Made by a program: the position numbers and the translations under genes. A DNA stretch of 64,000 nt from Gracilinanus agilis (taxonomy: Eukaryota): contig NC_058133.1 of assembly GCF_016433145.1 (NCBI RefSeq), forward strand, positions 250,339,375-250,403,374, written 5' to 3'. The notes beneath the pieces are model-generated. The model did no database searches and was not told the DNA's origin. It saw nothing but the letters and a program-made list of their open reading frames with translations. Shown piece by piece: positions 43,767 to 53,606 of the stretch. How positions within the stretch are numbered: the stretch's first letter is position 1; each line of letters begins with the position of its first letter.

Positions 43767-44854
43767 TGTCCTTTCCATTCAAGAATTCATTTCCTTCTTA
43801 GGAAACTTGTTCAATAACCTCAATTTAACCACCCATGGACCCAGTTCTGACTTTTCCCCAGTCTTGGGCTCCCAAGTGTGACCCAAACAAAACATGAGGT
43901 ATTACTGCATTCCCTAATATTTCTTGACTCCTATGCTGGCATCCAGTTTTCCTATTCTCTAGGCTCCATCCTGTCTTACCACTCATCCAAGACTCAAGTG
44001 CTTAGTAAATACTTTTTCTTTCATTCAAACATCCTCTCCCTGAGGATCACCACTGCTGAATGGTCATCCTAGGCATTCTGGTTCCCCAGCCCTCAAAGTC
44101 CATTACATCTTGCTCCATTTAATCCTCTTCTGTTCTACCTACCTGCATCAGCTTCAAGAGGCTGGGGGGACCTCTGGACCCACTCATGTCCATCTTCCTC
44201 CTGAGATGACCCACTGGGCAATGTAGGAGATGCCCTAACCCCTTCTTCAGCCATCAGTGCCCCTAAAAGCCCCAGCCCAGCTTGGGGAGGTCCCCTTGGT
44301 GAGTCAAGCCTGCAGCTGGGGGATGTGGCAGGAGGAGCTGCTCCCCCTTCCCGAGGAGGGAGGAGGTTCTTAGGGTGTGGAGGGCCTCGCCGACGGCCCC
44401 TTAGTCGACCCCACAGCTTCCAGTGGAATGTCAAGGAGGAGCTCTTAGAGTACAGCAGCATTCGAAAGGCTCTCATAGCACGGCGGCGCCTCTGCTGAGA
44501 ACAAGCTCGACGGGGTGGAGGACGGGAAGGCCGGGGATGCTGAGGGGTTCCTAGCTGGCCCCAGCTTGGGGGAAGTCCCCAGGCCACCACCTCCTCCTCA
44601 TCATCCTCTTCTTCTTCTTCCTCATCATCATCTTCACTGGCTGAAGCATCAAAGGAGGGCCGAGGGGTAGGGAGTCGATTGGCAGGAACTGTGGTCCCGG
44701 TCCCTGTGTCTGGCCCAAACCCCCCACCTGACTTTAACAGAGGTTTGGGAGGAGGAGGCCAACGGAGGCGTTCTCGTCGGGGAGATGGAAAGACTGGGGA
44801 TGTTCCAGGGGGAGTTGGCCTCCAGGGCCGATTCCCTTGGAAGTTCTCTTTCAT
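37095..44854 (-). CDS. SENP3: SUMO-specific protease 3, 10 coding exons, 573 aa
   Basis: Coding exons 44854-44143, 43246-43007, 42869-42758, 42376-42229, 41928-41881, 38693-38616, 38248-38111, 37762-37679, 37574-37524, 37205-37095; total 1722 nt. C48 protease motifs [23 protein letters not shown] intact. Confidence 0.97.
41209..41397 (+). mobile_element. Young SINE1-like element with a 14-bp TSD
   Basis: TSD AAGATTCCTTGTTG at 41196-41209 and 41398-41411; intact head and A tail. Confidence 0.92.
41410..41645 (-). mobile_element. MAR1-type (MIR core plus RTE-like tail) marsupial SINE
   Basis: Reverse complement of CTGGAGAAGGAAATG...CTCCAGTATCTTTGC and a CAACAACAA tail. Confidence 0.7.
43538..43764 (+). 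mobile_element. SINE1-like element with a 48-nt pure poly(A) tail
   Basis: A48 at 43717-43764; TSD aaaaggtgtYctt on both sides. Confidence 0.9.
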
Positions 44855-46480
44855 CTTCAAGTAACCTTTAGGAAGATAAAGAGAAGAAGTCATTATCCAG
44901 GCATCCTCCTATACATTATCTGACTTAATGTTTCCTTCAAAGACAAAAATATCTGGTCCTATATAATAACAACTTATATTTGAGTAGTGTTTTAAAATTT
45001 ATAATAAAATACCTTCCTCATAATCCTATGAGATAGGAAGCTGAGGAAAATCAAGAGCAAGACATATGATAGGGAAAACTCCAAATATAACAAAGTAGAC
45101 AAGAGCCCTAGATTATTCTGTCTCTCCTGTCTCCAAGATAGGTATTCTGTCTACCTAATTGTCAGATTTCTAATCAACATCAAAATTAATCATGGTTTTT
45201 TTATCTAGGCTAATTGCAAATAGGAAAAATATTGTTCCAAAAAAAGTGAAGGCCACCACTACTCTACTGAAATAGCTTTCCCTTCTATCCAAGGTTTTCT
45301 CCCTTCAACAGGGGTTTGTCCCCCTCTGGAACAAAGACCAAATTCCAATTAATTTTTCCTCAAGAAAGCTCCCACGTTCAAAGCACTCCATCACAAAAGC
45401 CTTTTTACTTCAACTTTTATTTCCACTTCTCCATCTTTTCTACCCCTCAAATCTATCCTTTTAAACAAGTAGCTCAGGTCACTCAGATATGGGGTGTTAG
45501 ATCTTGGGACTCTTAAAACAAGTTTCTCTGGTTGTTATAGCAATAAGGAATATTCTCTAAAGTATGCTGGGAGAATCATTCATAGGTAGGACTAGAATTC
45601 TGAGAGAATGACCAAGCTGAAAAATTCTATCTCTGAGACTTATAAGGAGGGGATCAAAGTCCTTAAAAAGATGAACAAATAACAGGTGACTACTAAATTA
45701 AGTCTGCTAAATGAAGAAGCAAGGGTACAAAGTGAAACTCTTTTGAAGAGATAAAATTACTTCTCCCTGAGGAAAGGAGAGTTGGAGCCAAGATAAAATA
45801 CTAAGATTTTTTTTAGTGAGAGGGGAATTTTGAATGATTTGGAAAAAGGAAATCAGGCCCTAAAGCAGAAAATAATTAGAATGGGGGGGGGGGATATCTA
45901 ATTGAGCAGATAAAATACAAATTGAGATTGAAATAACAGCCTGAAGCCTCCCCAGTTTCTGCATCCACCCTTTCCCTTCCTCACTCTTTTTATCATCCTC
46001 TCTAAACCTCCAGTGTTGCATCTTCAAACTCCATACCCTTCCAAGGTTTTCTAGCCGCCATCACCATCCCCCTCCCCCAGCTCCTAAAAAAAGGAGGAAA
46101 GAACTGAAGCCTAAAAATGCTTCATTCTCTGGTCGCCGGGAGTCCCTAAAAGTCCGCTCACTGCCTTGGGTGGGGGACCAGAAGAAAGGGGAGGGGGAAG
46201 GGCGAGGGAAAGAGGTTAAGCTTGTTGAGCTCTACCTGAGGGGAGAGGTTTGAGGGCCCTACCAGTGGACTAAGGGAAAGGGGAGTGGAAGGGGAGGGGG
46301 AGTCATTCAGGCCGTGGGGGCTGGGAAAGGAGAGGAAGGGACCTTGTCCTCAATTGGGGGGAGGCTCGCGCTCCACCTCGATCTTACATCTCACCCCGGA
46401 AAGAGGCAGAAGCCCCTCCAGCACGGGTGTGGTTAGAGCTGAGCATTCTGAGGGAAAGGGTCTCGCGGCTGGGTCCTCAC

Positions 46481-47050
46481 CGAGGGGAGCAGGAAGGGGA
46501 GCTGGAAGAGTAACTGGGAGGGAGAGGGGAGGTGGGCCCAGGCGTCTCAGGCTCCCCGTCTCATCCCGGCGGCAGCTCCTTCTTCTTCCTCCCGTCGCCT
46601 ACGGGACTTAGCGCTTCGCCTCCTCTGCTCGGGCTCACGTTCCTCTGGCTTTGCAACGGTCAACGCCTCCTTCGCTCCTACTACCGCTACCTTTCCCCTT
46701 TCCTTCTTTTCCCTTTTTTTTTCCTCCTCCTCCTCCTCCCACCCTCCTCTTCTCTCCTCTCCTCTCCTCCCCTTACCTCCTCTTCTCTCCCCTCCCCTCC
46801 CGCGAGCCCCAGGGCCACCGGGATTAAAGCGGCGCTGGATTAGTACGTCACCACTCGCCGGCGCGCAAGCGCAAAAGTCCTTCACTTCTCAAAAGATACC
46901 CCGCTGGTCCTGAGGCCCCGTCCCGCCTCCTTCCCCATCAGCTCCCCCAGACCAGCAGCGGTCCACTCCCACGCCACCACCCGACTGCGCATGCGCCAGA
47001 TGGGCCCCGCCCACCTCCCTAACCCTCCCCTCCCCTCCCCCATCCCTGTC
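46481..47050 (-). promoter_or_regulatory. SENP3: SENP3 CpG-island promoter and non-coding exon 1
   Basis: CpG-rich; NRF1 TGCGCATGCGC at 46986-46996 and a GC box. Candidate donor CG|GTGAGG at 46480; exon 2 acceptor at 44866. Confidence 0.7.
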
Positions 47051-47938
47051 TCAACCGCCGATCCCTAGGAGAGATGAGGCGCTGATGGAGCGAGGACGCC
47101 CCCAGACTCGAGCCTGGAATCCCTCTCTGATTGGGTGTGGGAAGGAGCTGCCCAGGCAGCAGCTGCAGGGCTGGCCCTGGGGTCAGGTTGGGTCAGATGG
47201 TTAATGGGAGTGTGTCTGGCATCCCACGTAGGGAAGATGGAAGAGGATGAAAATGGGGGAAGGTGTAAAGAGAACCCTATGCGCTCCCTTTACTGGGCAT
47301 GACACGTGGCATTGTGCCCACCAGCAAAGGACAGCAATGTTTTATTTATTGAATGAGTGAATGAATATAACTGGAAGAGGTCCTTCATAAAAACAAGGCA
47401 AGCCGGCTCTTCTGGAAAACGAAGGGGTCGACTATGGGATTATCCATCTCTACAATCTTTTTCCAGTTTTGACATCCAGTGATTTTAAGAAGTATGCCTA
47501 GAAAGGGTTGTAGGGATGAGAATCCATCTATGGGATCAAATTGTATGTAAAGCACTTTGCAGGCTGCAGTGCACAATGAGGCATAATGAATAGAACATTG
47601 TGTTTGGGCAGAGAACTGAAGTTAATAAGATTCAGGGATAAATAAAATAGTTGGGTTTAGTAGGTAAGAACAAGGGAGATAGTTGGGTTGAAGAAGGTTG
47701 AGGAATTGAGTTAGGAAGCACATGGTGCACTGGGAGAAATGATACTTTTATTTGATACATATATTCAGGCTGAATTATAGATAAACAGAAAAAAAGAGTT
47801 TTTCAGGGAAGAGCTCTGGAACCCAGACAAGTCTTAAGACTATGGTGTGAGGTCCACTCAGTGGTCTTCAGGTGTCAGGCAAAACCTGGTTTAAGAATAT
47901 GGATGGTACATCATGCCAGAAGAACAAGAGAGACAGTA

Positions 47939-48140
47939 GGGGGCAATTGGATTGCTCAGTGAATTGAGAGCCAGGTATAGATACCAGAAGTCCTAGGTTC
48001 AAATCTAGCCTCAGACACTTCCTAACTGTATGACCCTGTGCAAGTCACTTAACCCTCATTGCCTAGCCCTTACCACTCTTCTGCCTTGGCACCAATACAC
48101 AGTATTGATTCTAAGATGGAAGGTAAGGGTTAAAAAAAAA
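47939..48140 (+). mobile_element. SINE1-like element downstream of the TNFSF13 stop
   Basis: Full head-to-tail match ending in gatggaaggtaagggttaaaa. Confidence 0.88.
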
Positions 48141-48862
48141 GTAAAAATTACCTAAAGCTAGGATTGCAATATTGAAAGATAAAAGGGGAATACTACTTAG
48201 TTCTGTGTAACCTTGAGTGGGTTACCTTGTGTTTGGATTTAAGTTTCTTCATTTGTAAAATTTTACAGCTTTAAAATCTATAATTCTCTGACATTATCCA
48301 AGTGTATTATGCAAATAGGTCTTAGGATTTAGACATCTGATTCAGTTCTTTCATTTTACAACTGAAAAAACATATACAAAGGGTGTGACTGCTTAATAAA
48401 TGCATTTACAATAAAGATGATGAAATATGGAGTAGAAAAATGAGGCATTATAGAATGTATAAAAATAGACTGAAGTAAGGAATTTTGAAATATGGGATAC
48501 TGGGAATATATTTAATATTTTAGCATTGTGGAGTTAAAATGAGCTGAGAAGCAATGTCTCTAACTTGCCACTAGATGGTACTGCTATTATGGAAGAATTC
48601 CAGTAGTATATGATAGGTTGGAAAGTAAGTTGCCCTAAAGAATTGGGGTTCAGATGGTGATAAGGAGAAAAATCAGGTCTTTTATCCTTCAACCCTAAGT
48701 TTGTCTGTTGGAGTGGGGAGAAAAGAATGAAGAATAGAAGGAAAAGGGAAAAGAGAATTATGTCAAAACCAGGAAATAGTCTGTGTTCTAAAGTACCAGC
48801 TTCTGCCCAGTCTACCCTTTGGCTGTCTCTAGCATGTATATGTCCACCCCTTTTCTCTATGC

Positions 48863-51277
48863 TCAAAGTTTCACCAAACCCAAGAAAGTACCATGGGGAG
48901 TAAGATCAAGTTTGGCTCCTGCCCGAGGAACTATGAGATTCAAAATGTCCCCTTGGTATAGCTGGAATACACCTGAGATGGGAGAAAGCAGAAGAGACAA
49001 TATTTCAGAGAATCACATATCCCTTTCAAGCGCCCAGTTAACCTGTTATCACATCCCTCTTCCTTAGTCCTTGGCTCTCTACATGCCTTTTTTTTTTATT
49101 TATTTTTTTTATTTTTAAACCCTTAACTTCTGTGTATTAGTTCCTTGGTGGAAGAGTGGTAAGGGTAGGCAATGGGGGTCAAGTGACTTGCCCAAGGTCA
49201 CACAGCTGGGAAGTATCTGAGGTCAGATTTGAACCTAGGACCTCCCATCTCTAGGCCTGGCTCTCAATCCACTGAGCTACCCAGCTGCCCCCTCTACATG
49301 CCTTTTTAAGTCATCTCTCACGACCTAGTTGTCTTGCCCCTTTTTTCCCTATGTTTGTAGCAACTTTATTATAATCACCCCAATTCCTTACTTTTCCTTC
49401 ACACACCCCAGATATCCCATTTTTCTATTGACAGTAGACTTCCCTCCTCCCCAAACCCCATCTAAGATCCATAAGTTTTGCCCTAGCTCACCCTTCTACA
49501 CTTTCATCTTGCCTCCTCACCTGCAGTATAGCAGCTGTTATAGGCCTGGTGGAGTTCAGAGGGCATGCTACAGACACAGCGGGATAGGATCTCCCTTCCT
49601 TGGCCCTCTCGATAAACCACCTGACCCATGGTGAAAGTTACATCATGAAACAGCACCTAGCAGATAAGGGAATAGTAGGGAGACCAAAAGGGTCATTAAA
49701 GAGAGTAAGTAATACTTTGTAGTTTCAGTCACCCAAGAAGGAAAAGAGCTATATCTGTTACTGTGATAAGGAGGTAGAAAAGAAAAGCCATATATATATA
49801 TAGTCTAATCCCAAGGAAACAAAGAACTCTCAGGAATATGATGCAGAATATGTGACTTTATAAGGCCTTGGCATTTATTCCTTTAGGGCAGAGATTAAAC
49901 TGATACATTTAAGGGAGTGGATTAGTGAATTTAGATGAGAAAAAAATTACATCTTTATTTCAACATAATTGGTTTCTTTTGTAATCCTATGTATTGAAAC
50001 CATTCTGAGAAAGGGTTCTGGGGGCTTCACAAAACTGTCAAAGAGGTACATGACCCAAAAAAAGGTTAAGAACCCCTGCTATGGGATCAGAGTATCTCAG
50101 AGTCTACCTGGCTGTACAGGAGATACATTCCAGTCTCCCGGACTCCAACAACATGTCCTTGTGGTTCCAGACCTCCACCATGCCTCAGTGCGGGCTCCCA
50201 CATTATCTCTGTCACATCAGAATCCTCTGGAGGTAAGGGGTGGTGTGGCTATCAGAAGGACTCCTCACTCAGTACCCTGAGATTTAATTCTAAGGCCCAT
50301 CCCATAGTTTCCAACTCCCCTTGTGGATCCATGGATCCATCCCCTAGACCCCAGTTTTCCCTGCTTCTTCAAGCCATCATCCAGAATGACACTCACCTCT
50401 GGAGGTACTGTTAATGGGAATAAGGTGCAGAACTGAACGTTTCCCTAAGAGAGAAAATGGGGTGCTTTCAGCTCTTTCCCCTATTCCTCTTTGCCCTGAA
50501 CTCTAGAGCCCCACTCCTCCTCAACCTTAAAATGGGGGGCCAGTCCCCATGGTCTTTGTTTCTTCCCCATGAGGTCTCACTCTTGTGCCGATGTTCTTGG
50601 ATGATAACTGCTCTTTTCCTTCGAGATATTTCCTCATGCTTCAAAGCTTCCAGTTCATCAGTGTCCTGCTTATATAAAAATAATTCATTTTAAACTGAGT
50701 TCTATGAGTCCTATTCCATCAATTTTTACTTCCTCACCCCAAAGTAACCTACCCTTTGAACCGTATCTCCTACACTCCTTTTCTAGCCCCAAGTCTTCAG
50801 CTTGATGACTGCATTCCAGTATTTGCTAGAGTTGATAAGCATTTACCGAAAACCTGGACTTTCCCCCTGGCTACCAAACCAGAGTGCTTCCCCAATGCCC
50901 CACTTTAGGGCTAGGAGTTCAGGGTGTAATGGGCCATGAAAAGGCAGAGATTAACCAACTGCCAAATACACAGGAATTCATTCAATTCACCCCAGTCCCA
51001 TTTTCCCAATGTTCATTTTTCCCTCACTCACCTGTTTCTGGGGGATCAGCAAGGGTTGCCTATGTCCCTTCTGGTGAGACCCTCCATTCCCTTTCAGCTG
51101 GGCCACCTCTCCCCTCAGGGCCTGGAGCTCTGCTTGCTGAGTTAGAAGTGCCACCACACAAGCTGCCACCCCTAGGGCTGTCCCCCAACTCAACCAAAGA
51201 GAAAACGAAAGTGCTGGGTCCTGCCTTGGACCCCCTATTTGCCCAGGGAGGGACCTGGGAGATAGCAAAGGAGACAT
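48863..51277 (-). CDS. TNFSF13: TNF superfamily member 13 (APRIL), 6 exons, 247 aa
   Basis: Exons 51277-51032, 50665-50581, 50444-50397, 50226-50108, 49656-49521, 48972-48863; total 744 nt. TM LWLSWGTALG, furin site RRKR|A, peptides SVLHLIP, DVTFTMGQVV, AYNSCY, HGTFLGLVKL*. Confidence 0.95.
49090..49291 (-). mobile_element. Young SINE1-like element in TNFSF13 intron 5
   Basis: TSD ctctacatgcctttt on both sides; near-consensus body. Confidence 0.9.
49889..50078. mobile_element. Old hAT-Charlie-type MITE in TNFSF13 intron 4
   Basis: One terminus AAAAGGTTAAGAACCCCTG is typical of Charlie/MER non-autonomous elements; the other end is degenerate. Confidence 0.55.
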
Positions 51278-52411
51278 GACTAGCCTGAGGACCCTTCCAG
51301 CAGCTGTGTATCACAACCAAGAGTGACTGAGTGAAGGGGGTTGGGAGGAGAGAGAGAAAGGAGGAAGAAAGTTACGTAAAGGAAAAGTAAAAGGGAACTT
51401 GAAAAAAAGAGGGAGGAGGAAAGGAGATATTGTCCTATTTCTCAGGTGCCCCCAAAGTTGGACCTTCTCCTAATCTTAAGATCTACCCTCCACCCCCTTC
51501 ACAAGCCCAAGAGGAGAAAGAATGTGTTCCAGTCTCCCAGGCAAAGAAAGCATGGCTGCTGACACTTCACAGCTAACAGCAATACCCAGGGAGAACTGAA
51601 CGGAGAAGGTGGGGGCAGTCCCAGAGTTGGGGGAGGGAGACTTAGAGAGTTTTGTGGATGGATGGAATCCCTTGTTTGAGCAATGGAAAAACAGCTTTTA
51701 TGGGTCAGGGGAAGAGATTAGGTGGGGATAAATTTGCCACATGGATGAAGGGGGAGGGAGGTCAGGACTTGGAAGCAATAAATTGGCCTAAGCTCTGGGG
51801 TTATAGCTAGGACTGGGGTTTGTTGGAACATGGTCTGTTACTCCCAGTGCTGAACTTGGCAGGCAATTGACTTCCTGTTTCCAGAGAAAAGTTCTTACAT
51901 GAAGTCACCAGAGAGAAACGACACTGAAATAGCACGGCCAAATTCTTCCCTCCGTGGACCAAGGTGATCAGTGTTCCTGAGGGCCCTCTTAGAGAATCTT
52001 GTTTACTGGTCTGAGTCCCCCCAACCCCACCCACTCTCTCCTATCTCTGTTCTGTCCCCCGAAAACTCAGTCATTTCTTCCTCTTCTCTTGGTGCCCACA
52101 CCTGTTGCATGTACTGGAAGCTGCCAGGAGGAAAGGGCCCCAGCCCCACCTACCCAAGGGATTCCCCCTTCAGAAGGAAGCTGAGGCTTAAATAAAGCAA
52201 AGTTTTGTTGTACTATGGTCAGAGGACTAATTCTCTCTCGTAGTTTGGGTTTAGTGTAATGGAAAGTACTCTGGATTTAAAGTCACAAGACCTGAGTTCA
52301 AATCTTTTTCTCTGCCTTTTGCTTCCTGGGTGATTCTAGAAAGTCACTTTTCTTCCTGGCTTCTTTATAAAATAGAGGAATTGGCCTAGATGATCTATAA
52401 CGTCCCTTTTA

Positions 52412-52597
52412 CTTTTTTTTTTTAGACCCTTACCTTCTATCTTAGAATTGCTACTAAGGATCAGTTCCAAAGCAGAAGAGTGGTAAGAGCAAGGCTATTG
52501 GGATTAAGTGATTTGCCCAGGGTTACATACCTAGATTTGAACCCAAGGCCTCCAGTTTCTAGGCCTGGTCCTCTATCTACTGAGTCACCTAGCTGCC
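52412..52597 (-). mobile_element. SINE1-like element between TNFSF12 and TNFSF13
   Basis: Reverse complement of the SINE tail and head. Confidence 0.8.
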
Positions 52598-52859
52598 TCT
52601 TCCCTTCTCCTTCCCTTAAGTCCTATGATCCTCACTTCAGATAGCAGGTTTCTGTTCCTGGGATTTAGAACTACCTAATTCCTCCTCCAACCTTTCTAAC
52701 CTTCAGGAACCTATATGTCCTACCCTCCAACCATTCTCCCTCCTCCCTCCAAAGTACCCACTTTTCTTCCAACACTTACTCCCTTCAAGTACTACTCTGG
52801 TCCCTAAATCTCCCCTCCAACCCCTACCCTGTCATAAAGATAGACTGTCACTTTACCTT

Positions 52860-52915
52860 TTTAATAGCCATTACCAACAATTCATTTCAATAATAATAAA
52901 AATAGCTTTTTTAAA
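52860..52915 (-). terminator. TNFSF12: TNFSF12 AU-rich element and ATTAAA polyadenylation signal
   Basis: Minus strand reads GGATTTTAAAA..TATTTTTATTATTATTG..ATGGCTATTAAA, resembling the recalled human TWEAK 3' end; ATTAAA at 52860-52865. Confidence 0.65.
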
Positions 52916-53606
52916 ATCCACAGGAATTTTAGCAGGGAAGAGAATAATCTTTATCTTCTACCCCTCAATTTTGGAACCCACCCTACCTCCCCACAACTCT
53001 CCTTAGCTCCCCCCACCACCTCAGTCCTCTGCTTTTCAGGTCCAATACCCCATGTGGAGAAGTAGGTACTTCCAAGGCCTCATCCAAGCATTTAGGCTTT
53101 ACCAAACACTTTTTTTTTTAGCAAGGAAAGCCAAGCAGGATAAAAGTTTGAGGGATCCAGGATTGGAACTGAGCAGTAGGAGTATAAGATAGGGATTGGG
53201 GTGCAGTTAGGTAGGTAGGAAACTGAGGACCAGAACTGAGCAGTAGGAGTATGGAAAGGAAGGTTTGGTCATGGAGAAAGGGAAGGATGGTCATGGAGAG
53301 AGAGGAAAGCCAGGAGAGATCAAATGTGGTAGGACAAATGTTAGGAGGGCTTTTAGGACAAAAATGGGAATACTTATAAGCAGATAAGAGCAAATTAATT
53401 CTTGATAGCCTGGAAAAGGGAGGGGCTGAGATATAAGAAGTTAGGGTTAGAAGGAGCAGTGCTGTGAGGAATTGGGGGAGGGAAAGACAAAGTTGTAGGG
53501 CCTGATAAAAGGGAGGAACAACATTATTATGGGAAGGAGTGAGAAGAGGGATAGACAGAGCTTTGTCTGGAGTCTAAGAAAGCAGTCTTGGGGTCAAGGA
53601 GCATCA

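Noticed and set aside
43596-43881. Poly-Lys and poly-Phe ORFs
   Set aside because: They are translations of the SINE poly(A) tail.
46285-46885. 100+ aa ORFs at the SENP3 promoter
   Set aside because: These are low-complexity purine/pyrimidine tracts in a CpG island; only the short AUG uORF was kept.
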